A stretch of 64,000 nucleotides of DNA from the human T2T-CHM13v2.0 reference genome, Homo sapiens. Under the pieces are notes generated by a model. That model had not been told where the DNA came from, did not search any database, and saw nothing but the letters and a program-made list of their open reading frames with translations. Shown one piece after another: positions 50,470 through 63,574 of the stretch (its first letter is position 1; the number at the start of each line of letters is the position of its first letter). The translations under genes and the position numbers were made by a program. The stretch lies in assembly GCF_009914755.1 (NCBI RefSeq), contig NC_060940.1; one strand, given 5' to 3'.

Positions 50470-50491
50470 GAAAGAAAGAACGAAAGAAAGA
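50124..50491 (+). repeat. (GAAA)n/(GGAA)n purine microsatellite in place of the AluY tail
   Basis: About 370 bp, almost only G and A. Confidence 0.97.
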
Positions 50492-50712
50492 GAGGCTGAT
50501 CTATAGTGGCAGAATCAGATGGAAGCACCTCCCGTGGAAGGGGCAGCGTCCACTGGGGAAGCGCCCTGCATGCACTGGCCTGGGTGACAGCTGCATGCAG
50601 GTGGGGGATGCTGGAAAAGCCCCTGCATGGCACCCTGGGGTGAGTGCTCCCCACTGCATGTGACTCAGTAAAAATTAAAGACCAGGCTTATCCTAAAATG
50701 GATATTAGATAA

Positions 50713-51085
<373 letters not shown>

Positions 51086-51464
51086 TGATTTAAAAGGTCT
51101 AGATTCAGAAACTTTGTCCCCTTCTGTCCCCCACCTCCTGGCTTCCTCAGGCGAAGCTGTGCACACAGCTCCCAGCCCGGTCAACGTGCAGCCCCACTCT
51201 CCTTCTCAAGCAAATACTTGTGGCGCACTCAGCTACTCTTCATTACTGTGCTTTTCCACTCAGTAGCCTGGTCTGGGAGCCTCCACGTCAGTACACAGAG
51301 TGCTTCTGCAGCCTTTGATGGACATGAGTTTGCACCAGAGCAGCTGCAGAGGTGAGACGTCGGTTCTCCACGTCGCCCTCCGTCTGCATCACATCTGGGT
51401 GAGACCTGTGTCTTTCCTCTACTGTGTTACATACACGTTTCTCGCAACTTAAAATTTGGAACTA

Positions 51465-51823
<359 letters not shown>

Positions 51824-51836
51824 AAGAGTTTGTTGA

Positions 51837-52175
51837 GGCTGAGGTAGAGGCTGGGGTAATCTTAAGGGTAAGGCCTGGGGGTAAAATTTGGGGGGTAGAA
51901 CCTAGAGGAGAGGCTAAGAGTGGAGGCTAGGGGAGGGAAGCAGGGGTGGAGGCTGGGGGTGAAGGCTGGGAGGAGGCTGAGAGTGGAGGCTGGAAGAGAT
52001 TGGAGGTAGAGGCTGGGGTGGAGGCTGGGAGGAGACTGAGAGTGGAGGCTTGGAGTGAAGGCTGGGGAGTTTGGAGGTGGAGGCTGAGGGTGGAGGCTGG
52101 AGGTAGAACTTGAGGGATGGAAGCTGAGGGTGGAGGCTGGGGGTGGAGGCTGGGAGTTGAGGTGAGGTTGAGGGC
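51837..52175 (+). repeat. Degenerate (GGAGGCTGGGGT)n G-rich repeat
   Basis: gtggaggctg recurs throughout. Confidence 0.88.
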
Positions 52176-53955
52176 TATGGACTCAGATCTATGTTTGATT
52201 GCAACCCTGCCTTCATCAAGGGGCTCACCTTCTCTCACTTAACAGATTCCTCATCTATAAAATTGTACTGATAATACTCAGCTTTCGGATGTTACGCAAA
52301 TCAAACAAGATAACATATATCATTATCCACTGAAGCCTGAGGGTTCCTCCTGGAACCCTCACCTCAAGCGCAGAATATGAACAAGCACGGGTTAAGGGAC
52401 CGGTATGCACGGACTTGAGGAGTCTACGTTTCCATCACCTTACCAACAACAAGAAACAGGAATTCCGAGGGGCTTGCTATGCACCTACCATTATCAACTC
52501 CACTTATAAACATTCTGCTTTTTATCCTCCTTCTATTGGTTGGGGAAATTGAGGCACAGAGATAGTGAGTAATTTGCTGCAGGTCAGGGAGCAAGTGAGG
52601 GCAGAGCCAGGGTCTGAGCGGGACAGTCTGGCTCCAAGCTGTGCCCTGGGCCCTGGGTCGTCCGGCGTGGATGCACACCCAGGGAACTTGATCATAAAAG
52701 CCAGTCGTGAATTATCTGGCGACAGACCGATGGGGGTATCATTGGGATGCAGAATCCATCTCTTTTACAACTGTCCTGACGTGTTTATAGATCCATGCAT
52801 CTGATGGGGGCAGGGGAAGGCGGCCTAGAGTCCTCTGGGCCACCCCTAGCTCTGTGCAGGGCTGAGTCCAGCCACTGCCAGAAAATGAGGAAAAACCATC
52901 CATGTTGAACGATTTTCATGAAAGCAGGTTCCAGAGCTGATCTTTGGCACATGGGCCACCCCTGACGTTGGAGGCCTTTAAAATATGGCCCAGAAAGCAA
53001 AGCAGAAAGTGGCCAGAAAGGAAAAGTCTCCATCTCAAATCTCCTATCGCTCAGACTCCCCTGAACTTGGGTCCCGCATCCACGTTGCCACTTCTGATGG
53101 GCTGTCTTCCCAGAGCACACAAATTGTCAGCTAGGAGCACTTTGGGGAAGCCCCCGACCTGTAAAAGCCACTGGGATGTTCACCCCACCCAGCGTTCCCT
53201 CCAGAGCCATCCAGCGCCTGGGCCTGCCCTGAAAATCAGGAAAGAGGAGGAGAAATGGAAGTGGGGAGCAGCATTTCTAAGACCCCCAGGCTGCACCCTG
53301 CTGGGCCACGGACCTGTCTGTCTCTGCTGACGATGCCCAGGCTGGATGACTATTTATAGAAGTGGAGGAATGTCCAATGACCGCATCTGGAAGCGATCGA
53401 GGGAGGGCTGAGCAGCCGTCAGAGCCTGGCACCCACTGGATGACACCCCAGTGGGCCGTCACCAAGAGTGGCTGAAAAACCAGGGTGTAGCCACCTCCCT
53501 CCAAGGGCCTCCAGGGCAACTGTCACTGCTTTGAAAGGACATTCTGTGCTGGTTGGAGGGACGGTTCCACTGGGTGAAGAGGCAATTACCTGCCATAATT
53601 ATGCAAGCTTCTAATCACGGCATGGTGGCTAATTACTTACAAATTGCTCAGGCAGTAAATCCCCAGGCAGAAAGGCCCCCTGCCCTTGGAATGTGGGCTG
53701 GTTCCTGAGAGAAGGGGTGGCTTGCTGCGGGTGGCCCAGCCTTGCCCTTGCCCCAAAGGCTCTCTGAACAGCCTCTGGAAACACTGAGAATGTGGCAGAC
53801 AACAGGCCTGTAGGAGACTGGCCACAGCATCGCACTTGCTTCTTCAAGGCGTGGGGGCACTGGGCCTCCAAGCTCTGCCTCCTGTTCTCAGTGTGAGGCC
53901 CTGGACTTCCCGGCACAGGAAGTTTTTCCATGCACGCCTCTTCTTGCTCTTCTTG

Positions 53956-54442
53956 TAGCAAGAAGACAACAGTGGGCCTGGGGCGGCTGCAGGGCTGAAA
54001 CCCCTTGCAGGGTTGGACAAGACCCAAGGGGGTGTGCCACCTCGCTGTGACCTCCTGCTACTGGGCAGCAGCTGGCTGCTCACTGTCCAAAGTGACCACT
54101 TGCCTGCCGCTGGGTCCAAGGACCTGACAGTACCTGGCACACAGTAGGTGCTCAGTAGGTGTGTTGGCGAGCGGATGACGGCCGCCCTCAGGTCTGAGTC
54201 TCCAGGGCGGACCACGCTGTGCTTCCCACGGCTCCTGCACACTTCTGGGCACACGTTGTCACTCAGTGTGTTTTGGCTTTGGGCCCTTTTTAGTTTAGGT
54301 TTCATCTGGGTAATTCGTTTCTTTGAAATGCATTATAAATATACATATTCATGACAGCAGGGGATTTAACATTATTTATTAATATTATTTAATATTGAAA
54401 GGATCCCATGAAAAACTCTAACACGGTTTTTGACACATGGAC
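53956..54442 (+). repeat. Local duplication B, copy 2
   Basis: Direct copy of 48834-49322, roughly 90% identical by eye; includes an L2 3'-end remnant acagtacctggcacacagtaggtgctca. Confidence 0.97.
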
Positions 54443-54689
54443 GGGTGGGTGTGCCCTTTCCAGCCCTGAAGAGGTGGTCAGGTCCACAAGCTGGGGGTCA
54501 CGCACCAGAGCTCCAGGCAGCCTACAGGAGATGCAGTTCCCACCTGAGACCACCAGGCCAGAATCTGCAGCTTCGCAGGAGCCCCGGTGCGTTGTGGAGA
54601 CAGCTCCCTAGACCCTCTTCTGCAGCCATGGTCCTAATTTTCAGAAGATGTGTGTTCATTAAAAAACAAGAATACCCTGCTATGGTGTC

Positions 54690-54845
54690 TCCTCACACTG
54701 GATTATTTACATTCATTGAGGATAAGGGAACTGACTCCTAGCCTGGGAGCTCCAGGAGGGAGAATCTGGGTGTTGACCGCTATATCCTGGGTCCTAGAAC
54801 TATGCCTGGTACACGGTAGCAGCTCGATAAATATCGGATGACTGT
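54690..54845 (+). mobile_element. L2 3' end
   Basis: gtcctagaactatgcctggtacacggtagcagctcgataaatat. Confidence 0.65.
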
Positions 54846-55782
54846 GTGCACTGACCAATGCCCACTTCTTTTAAGGGTCAATATCAACTTTCGGAATAAT
54901 CCCACTTTTGTTTTTAAAACGTGTAAGTGTGCTATTGGCTGTGTGTGTGCTCAGAGGGAAAGGTCTGACTTCCTATGAGCATAGGCCACTCTGGGAATGT
55001 TTCTTAAATATTGTTTTCTTTCCATCGCTTACTAACACAATGTTGAACCACGAGAGTAGAGTACTCCCAACAGGCCACTCCCAGATCAGGTGCCCTCTGA
55101 AAAGAAGGTGATGTTTGCTGCTGTCAGAATCCAGGAGCCAGGTGGGCTGCTCGCACGGAGGCTGAATCTGTGGGCTCTGTCTTCTGGAGATCCGTGGGCT
55201 TGAATTTTTGAACTTGGTCTTTGCTGAGAAAGATGCCTGTTCCCGGGTCAGGGCCCTGGAGACTGCACACCCCTCTCCCCATGCTGGCCATTGCTGCAGC
55301 GAGCTCTGCCCTTACCAGCCTCGAGCTGTCCCCAGAGAAGCTGTGTCCCGAAGCCTGGGCAATACCTCGGCTGGGTCTGGATGCAGCCTGGATTCCGGTG
55401 TCTGGAGCAGGGCCTTCCTCACTGGCCCCTACTCTGCGCAGCCTCTGCTTATCCTGCTGCCCCACAATAGCTCCTGGCAGGTCCTATTTACTGAGCACCC
55501 ACTGTGTGCCAGGCACCTGTTGACAGGACTCAGCTCCCTAGAATTTGCCTAACAGGTCTATTATGAGGCTACCATTCTTACACCCAATTTACAGATGGGA
55601 AAACAGAGAAACCCCATGAGGGAAGGGGCATCCTTTGCCACAGCACCCTGCCCTTGAGCTTCAGTACCCTCATCTGAAAAACAAGAATGAGAGCTGCCCC
55701 GCCTCTCTCCTGGCCAGCTGTGATCGGGGTCTGGTGTCTGCTGCTTGGACCCTTAGGGCCTTGACAAGGTCAAGCTAGGTAG

Positions 55783-56135
<353 letters not shown>

Positions 56136-56525
56136 TCACCGTGCTTTCTGAGGTGCCAGATGTTCTAGGGCCACACTTTCTGATAATTATTCCACACTCA
56201 TGCTCCAAGACCTTCCGGTATTAACCCATTCAGTATTCACCGCAACCCCATGACAGGGGGCATGCTCTCATCCTCACTGGACAGCAAAGAACACTGAGGG
56301 AGAGAGGGATTAAGTAACTCACTCAAGGTCACGTAGTAAAGGACATGGGAATTTGCATAGCAAGTCTATGAAGCAGGTATTATTTTTCTGCCCACTTTAC
56401 AGATGGGAAAACTGAAGAGTCCAGGAGGGAACACTCTCTCCCGCATTACGGGCTGCCTGACACCACAGCTTGTAATAGCAGGCGCTGTCTCCACTGCTAG
56501 AGAAACGTGTAAGTGTGTGTGTTGT

Positions 56526-57215
56526 GGGGGGGGGAGGGGGAGGAGGAGGGGAGGGGGAGGAGGAGGGGGAGGGGGAGGAGGGGCAGGAGGAGGAGCAGGG
56601 GGAGGGGGAGGAGGGGCAGGAGGAGGAGCAGGGGAGGGGGAGGGGGGCGGAGGGGGACGGGGAGGGGGAGGGGAGGGGAGGGGAGGGGGCGGAGGGGGAG
56701 GGGGAGGGGGGGAGGGGGAGGGGGAGGGGAGGGGAGGGGAGGGGAGGGGAGGGGAGGGGAGGGGGGCAGAGGGGGGAGGGGAGGGGGGAGGGGAGGGGGG
56801 AGGGGAGGGGGAGGGGGAGGGGGAGGGGGGAGGGGGAGGGGGGAGGGGGAGGGGAGGGGAGGGGGAGGGGAGGGGGAGGGGAGGGGAGGGGAGGGGAGGG
56901 GGAGGGGAGGGGGAGGGGAGGGGAGGGGAGGGGAGGGGAGGGGAGGGGAGGGGAGGGGGAGGGGAGGGGAGGGGAGGGGAGGGGAGGGGGAGGGGAGGGG
57001 AGGGGAGGGGAGGGGGAGGGGAGGGGAGGGGAGGGGGAGGGGAGGGGAGGGGAGGGGGAGGGGAGGGGAGGGGAGGGGAGGGGGGAGGGGAGGGGAGGGG
57101 GAGGGGAGGGGAGGGGAGGGGGGAGGGGAGGGAGGGGGAGGGGAGGGGAGGGGGAGGGGAGGGGAGGGGAGGGGGAGGGGAGGGGAGGGGGAGGGGAGGG
57201 GAGGGGGAGGGGGAG
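56526..57215 (+). repeat. (GGGGA/GGGGGA)n polypurine tract
   Basis: 690 bp; no C or T between 56768 and 57215. Confidence 0.98.
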
Positions 57216-57538
57216 CAGGACCCTGCTGTTCAAGTCGCATCTTTAGAGCTGCGTGAAGTACCCAGTTCCTGGCCCCAGCCCCCTCCTCTGAACGCCTACG
57301 GATGTCATTACCTGTGAAGTTCCCTGCACTAAATCCTGCCCTGTCTCCTGTGTGTGCCGTGTCCCTGTGCTTGAAACCCAGCTCCCAGAGAAGCCCCCAG
57401 GAAGGGCGGAGCCTTTTCTCCTCATATTTGGCCCCCTCCTGCCCACCCCAGGCCTTGCGCATTGTGTCGGCAGCTGACACCCCCAAGCATCTCCATTTCA
57501 GGGGTCAGACGACAAGAAGCCTTCCCTCTGGTACCCCG

Positions 57539-57666
57539 GGGGCATATGCAGGCTGAGGGCATACGCAGGCTGAGGGCATACGCAAGCTGAAGGCATATAC
57601 GCAGGCTGAAGGCACATACGCAGGCTGAGGGCATATGCAGGCTGAGGGCATACGCAGGCTGAGGGC
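57539..57666 (+). repeat. 17-bp minisatellite, about 7 copies
   Basis: Unit gggcata(c/t)gcaggctga, with two 19-bp variants. Confidence 0.93.
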
Positions 57667-57787
57667 GGGGTCCCAAAACCCAGTGGCTTTTAAGTTTCAC
57701 TCTGGCCTAATCACCATTTAACCAGTCCAAACTTCAGTTTTCTCCTCTCCTCTGGGAAACGGGAATAAAGCATTACAGGACAATGCA

Positions 57788-58190
57788 TGTACAGAGTTGA
57801 ACAGGATCTCCCCAAAATTCACAGCCTCCTCAAACCTCAGAATGGGGCCTTCTTTGGAAATAGGTTCTCTGCAGGTGTGAGTTAGGATGAGGTCATACTG
57901 GACTAGGGTGGGCGCTAAACCCAATGACTTGTGTCCTTACAAGAGGAGAGAGACACAGAGACACACAGAGGAGAGGCCGGTGAAGACAGTCAGGGATTGG
58001 AGCCATGCGGCCACAAGCCAAGGGGTGCCTGGAGCCACCAGCAGCTGCAAGAGTCAGGAAAGACCCTCCTCTGGAGCCTTTAGCCCCTGCCCACACTGAG
58101 AAGTCTGGCCCCAGAACCAAGAGAGAAAGTGCTCCTGCTGTTGTGCGCCCTCGAGCCGTGGTTGTTAGGACAGCCGAGGAACCCGCGACC
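57788..58190 (+). mobile_element. MLT1B-like solo LTR
   Basis: tttggaaatagg...gatgaggtcatactggactagggtggg...gcggccacaagccaagg. Confidence 0.82.
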
Positions 58191-60084
58191 GTGCCCGGAG
58201 ACCTGCGTGTGGAGGGCTGCTGCTGGTGCCCACTCACAGGCTGTCACCCTCAGGGAGCTTCCATCCCCCCAGGGTGTCCCCTTTGCCTCCAGGCACCTGT
58301 CACTGCACAAGAGGACCACAGACAAAAGTGAAAGGAACAGGGGCACAGTGGCTTGGGGCCGTCTTCTCATCCACCCGGGCCTGCACCACAGTTGCCCTGT
58401 GCACCTTTGTCCCCCGCACTGGCCACAGCTCCGCAGCAGCCCTGGCTCTGGCAGTCCAGGGAGAAGCTCTAAGAGAAAGTGTCCCCAGCAAAGAGCAGGG
58501 ACACACAGAGCAGAGACATGCACGGTGCACCGGCCGTTGTGTCGCCCCGTTGTTTGGAGAGCAGGACCTTGTTCACCCCTGGAGCCCAGATACAGATGTG
58601 TAGGGTCTGGGGCTGGCCCTAATTAACTTAGGGAGGCCACGTACACTTGACCGAACTGCGGAGGTCATCGGCAAACCCGAGTTGCCCCTGTGCTATTTTT
58701 AGCCTTGAGGGCCACGTGGTGAGACCCAGCTTTGCCACGGCTGGGACGGTGGAGGAAGGGGGCTCAGCGAAAGAGGGTGAGGGGAAGGAATGACAGAGTG
58801 CAAGAGGCTCCACCAGAAGAGGCCTGTGCCAGCCCACAAGGCCTGGGCCTTCGCTATGGCATCTCCACACACGGGATCCAGATGCTTGCACCATTGCTGT
58901 GGGGTGGGGTCAGCGCTGGCACCAGCTAAGAGTTAGAGAAACTGAGGCCCAGAGTGGCAAAATGTGTGAGGGGCCCAGGGAAGGAGAACGTTTGCCCTCC
59001 AGAGCCTCTCGCTGTAGGAGGATCACGTCTGAGGGGATGTGAGGGCTCCGGTGCCTTGCAGAGTGGAAAAGTCCTCAGGGTGAGAAGATTCTGGGAAGCC
59101 CGTACCGCCGGGAAGAGCGGGAGTTTCCACACAGGGCAGGTGGTGGAGGGGTTAGAGGTGCCCTGAGCGCACATCCCACTCCATTACTTCCGGCTGTGAA
59201 CCCTTGGACAAGTGGCTTGGCAGGCGGTGGCTTCCTACCTCAGCTGTGAAGTGGGGCAAAATGCTATGACACAGGTGACGTGCGTGACGCACCATCCAGA
59301 GTGCTGCTGCTGCTCTGCGGGGCTCCTGTGACACCCCGACCTCCCCCGGCCCCCGGCACTGGGGGCAGGTCTTGATAGAGGCAGAGCTGCGCTGTGTAAC
59401 TGGTGGCCTCGCAAAGATGTCCCAAGAGAGGGCGGCCCCCAGGTTGGCTGTAGGGTGAGCCCCAGGAGGAAGGGGAGGCGGAGGTGAGGGCAGGCGTGGT
59501 CGGTTCTGAGGCTGCAGAATCCCACGCACAGCATCACAGCCTTGGCAGGTCGTGAGCACAGGGAGACGGGAGTTTCATGGAGCTCTGATTACAGGGAGAT
59601 AGGGCTTTCCGATGGCTTCCAACAGCCCCCTTTGTGGGATTAGTATTTATTACGCCCCAAATTAGCTGGCAAGAGGGCCGGCTTCTGTGGAGACATTTAG
59701 CAGAGCCTTGAAGCGTAATGTTCCTTTTATTGCTCCATAAACACAGCCCTCGCTCTCTCCCTCCTCTCCCTCTGGCTCAGCCCTCAGTCCTGTCTCTTTA
59801 AGCCCTTTAAACCTTTAACCAGAGACTAATTGGTCAGAGTAATAACAAATCCCTTTCAACTCTGTTCTTCCAGAGCCCTGGCCTGAAGGTATCAGAGGTG
59901 GCAAGACCTAGAAAAGCCCCAGTACGAGTCAGGCTGCCTTCTGCAGGCAGAACCACTTGCGTGTTCTATGAAACACTGGATCGCTTGATGCCCTGGCTGA
60001 GAAAGAGCTTCACTGTAGAGTAAGGGGGAGAAAGCCATTACACAGCGTATTGTCACTGCTGCATGTATATTGTACACTGAACAC

Positions 60085-60170
60085 TTTTAAGGGGAGCCAT
60101 TTTATCCTTATCTCTGTGAATGACACCTGGAGCTGTGCAGTGCACAACCTGTGCAACCTCACATAGCACC
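60085..60170. mobile_element. MER91-like hAT-Tip100 relic
   Basis: gagctgtgcagtgcacaacctgtgcaacc. Confidence 0.6.
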
Positions 60171-60618
60171 CCATTTTTACAGATATGAGGTAAAATAAAA
60201 ATGCAAAGGTACACATCCAATGTTAGAAGTGGCATATTAATGGTGATTTTTGTTTTCTTCTCTGAGCTTTCCCTGCATTTTCCAATGGTTTTTCTATAGT
60301 GAAGAGGCTTGCAAAACACGCCAGGCCCAGTTGCAAGTGCCTAGTATGTATTAATTCTGTTAAGATACACAACAATTTTATAAGGTAGGCAGCAGTAGAA
60401 TCCCCACCTCACAGATGAGAACTCCGAGGTGCCAAGACATCATGAAACTTGTCCAAGGAGCTACCAGGAGACCCAGCTGGCCACCGCCAGCTCTGCATTT
60501 TCAATCACCAATGTTCACGTGCCTCCCAGTTGCAAAGAATCCTTCCTTCATAAACTTGTTCTGGTTCTATATTGTCTTGAATGTACTCACTAGAAGAGAT
60601 AAATACCTGTTTGGCATT

Positions 60619-61017
60619 TGTATGAGTCTGTTTTCACACTGCTATGAATAACTCCCTGAGACTGGGTCATTTATGAAGAAAAGGGGTTTACACAATGCAC
60701 AGTTCTGCAGACTTAACAGGAAGCATGGCTGGGAGGCCTCAGGAAACTTAGAATTGTAGTGGAAGGCAAAGAGAAAGCAAGCACATCTTACCACGGCAGA
60801 GCAGGAGAGAGAGAGCATGAAGCGGGAGGTGCCACACACTTTTAAGCTATCAGATCTCACGTGAACTCACTATCGCGAGAATTCCCTCACTATCACTAGA
60901 ACAGCCTGGGGGAAATCCACCCCATGATCCAATCACCTCCCATCAGGTCCGTCGCCGGACACGTGGGCATTACAATTCAACCTGAGGTTTGGGTGGGGAC
61001 ACAGTCAAACCACATCA
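60619..61017 (-). mobile_element. THE1 (THE1D-like)/MST MaLR solo LTR
   Basis: Reverse strand begins tgatgtggtttgactgtgtccccacccaaa; ctgggaggcctcaggaaactta; exact 5-bp TSD gcatt at 60614-60618 and 61018-61022. Confidence 0.92.
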
Positions 61018-61396
61018 GCATTTATTAACTGAGGCTTGAGATGAGGCCACAGAGAAAGGAAGTCACAGTAACTCTGTTCCTTCCGAGAAAATGGTGAAGG
61101 AACCTTTCATCTGCCTACTTTGGGAAGGGGGTTCACCACGCACATCTCCCAGGGGATGGCTCTTGTGAAGGTGAGGGGGCTGCTGCAGCCTCAGAAACTG
61201 AGTGGTGAAAATTTCAGGCATTGAGCCAAAAGTGTGGGAGAAATTTTTTTTTTTATCAGAATCTCACCTTTTCACTCCCAAATGAAGTGAAATGTTTATT
61301 TTCAATGACCCAGCCAAATTCCACTTCTAGTGCCTCAGTGGGCACCCTCTATCCTGATCCTGGCACTTGCTGTTCTCTCACTCTAACCCTTTGCTC

Positions 61397-61645
61397 CTCA
61401 CCACACTGTTCTCTGGCAGGTTTTCTCCCTATCAGTCAATTACACTCTAGCAAGAATTTCAGATGATGCCCAGCCTTTTCCAGGGACCTAACTCTTTATG
61501 GAACAGTTAAGTTCTTGAGACTCACCACACTGTTCCCTGGCAAGTTTTTTCCCCTATCAGTCATTTACACTCTTGCAAGAATTTTGGATGATGCCCTGCC
61601 TTTCCCGGGGACCTAACTCTTTATTGAACAGTTAAATCCTTGAGA
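61397..61645 (+). repeat. Head-to-tail 124/125-bp tandem duplication
   Basis: 61397-61520 and 61521-61645 both run ctcaccacactgtt...cttgaga. Confidence 0.96.
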
Positions 61646-62214
61646 AATCTCAGTGGGTAAGCAAGGAGGCTCTTGAATGGGAATACGGCATTTTTCTAAT
61701 GACCTAGAAATCAACTGGTTAGGCATCGCTGAAAAAAATTAGGAAAATCATGTTATCCTAAATTTTAGGAACAGAAAAAACATTGGAGATAATTTAATGA
61801 AGCCCATTACTTTAGATACAAGAAAAAAAATGAGACACAGGAAGAAAAGTATTTTATGCAAGACACACGGCGAGTCAGTCTATGACCAAAATGATGGGTC
61901 GGGCTCAAACTTAATCTTCCAGCCCTGGCTTCACAAGAAAGGGGAATACAGGCATTTGAGGAAGACACCCATGCCCCCACATTGACTCAAGCCCTAAGAT
62001 GTGAAAACACCAAGAGATTCGCTATAGATATCGGATGTGAAGAATCACAGGGTGCATCCACCTAACTCCCCTGCTTTATAGATGGGAAAGCTGAGGTGCA
62101 GAGAGAGTGAATCACACCAGCTGTCATTTACTGCACACTTGTTAGTCACCAGGCACCGTGCTCACTGTAAACATACTTGCAATTAGTCTGCATTACAACC
62201 TCCTAACGTGGGGA

Positions 62215-62420
62215 GAGATTTGGGGAATGCAGGGTTAAAGAAATGTAAACAGGTTTTGCTATTGATTTTGACTGCAGGACTTTTTAGAGCCTTGAATATG
62301 CTTGTGCTTATGTGCACCGCGAATCTCTAAGAAACAGATAGAGGAGGCTGGATTTCCCCAAGTGATGGGGCAAGGGAAGATCTTTTCATGGAGCATCACC
62401 TGGGACACATTCTGGTTGTA
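62215..62420. mobile_element. MER103C-like hAT relic
   Basis: gggttaaa...taaacaggttt...actgcaggactttttagagccttgaatatgc. Confidence 0.65.
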
Positions 62421-62839
62421 GATTTGAACCACATATATCATTGCAAGACAACATTTGTTCAAATGCCCAATGAATGGTTCAGGCTGCAAGTGCTCTGAAT
62501 TCCAAAGACAGGAGGGGTCACCTTGCATTTATCCACCACTGAGTAAATGTGTTGAGGGCTCCTTCTAGTGCAGGGCATGAAGGTTTTGCCAGAGTGGGGT
62601 GTGCACGCGACGAAAAGGGAAATGGGCATGCTAGACATTGCCAATGAGCACAAATGCAAGGTTCCCTCTGCCCTGGCCACAAGGAAGACTGTGCTTTTTA
62701 GCTCTCCCGTCACTAGAGAGAGTCTCCCATGAGTGGCTCGGGGTGGGCTGTCAGCACGGTAACGTACCTGGGCCATCCCCAGACTCAGCCATAAAAGAGC
62801 GTGCAGGACTGTCTTACTCTCAAGTTTGTGTGCTTTCTC

Positions 62840-63050
62840 CCCTCTCTGGCAAGTGTGAAAGCGTCATGTTGGGAAGACAGAGCAATGAGAGGGAATCAGC
62901 CTGGACCACTGAGTCACCATGCCGAGGACAGTTGCCCTGGCGGGCTGCCTGAAACTGCAGTGGGCTTGGCATGAGTGAGAGTTGGATTTCTGTTGTGTTA
63001 CCTACTGCGATTTGGGGGCTGTTTGTTAGGGCGGCATAGCATAGCAGAGC
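62840..63050 (+). mobile_element. Old MLT1 LTR 3' part
   Basis: gatttctgttgtgttacctactgcgatttgggggctgtttgtta...gcatagc. Confidence 0.55.
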
Positions 63051-63094
63051 CTCACTGCTACAGAAAGACTTGGCTAAGTGGTGAATCACACATG

Positions 63095-63455
63095 ACTCTT
63101 CCCTTGCAGAGCTCATGGATTAGTAGGGCAGATGAGATCTATGTGTAAAAAACTGTAACAGAGGCTGGGTGGTGGGCCTCAGGGCTTGCCCGATTTCAGA
63201 GCCAGCCCTGGAGAAGTTGCACCAATCGAGCAAAGACTTGAAAGAGAGCATGACCCAGGAGAGTGAATGTCATTCCAGCTGGAAGGAACAGCATGAGCAA
63301 AGATCCAGAGGCCAGAAATTAAGGGGCGTGATGAGTTTGTCAGAGTTGAGGATGTGGGAAGAGAAATGGGAGAAAATAAGGCTAGAAAACACCACTGGCC
63401 CCAAGATCATGCAGGGCCTCACATTTCAGATAAAGGAGTTTGGATGCATTTCTAC
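63095..63455 (-). mobile_element. L2 fragment
   Basis: cattccagctggaaggaacagcatgagcaaag...agatcatgcagggcct...taaaggagtttgga. Confidence 0.7.
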
Positions 63456-63574
63456 ATACTAGCTTTTCTCCAGGAAACCTGAGTCTCGTAATACACACCT
63501 AGAAGGTAAGAGCTTCATCATGAAGACATTTAGAAAAAGCTACACCCCCCACTTCCTTCTTAATATGATGTTAA

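Noticed and set aside
50085-50663. Lys/Glu/Arg-rich and Phe/Leu/Ser-rich ORFs
   Set aside because: Translations of the (GAAA)n tract.
56397-57486. Extensin-like Pro-rich and RGG/Gly-rich ORFs
   Set aside because: All frames are open because the GGGGA tract cannot encode stops; not evidence of coding.
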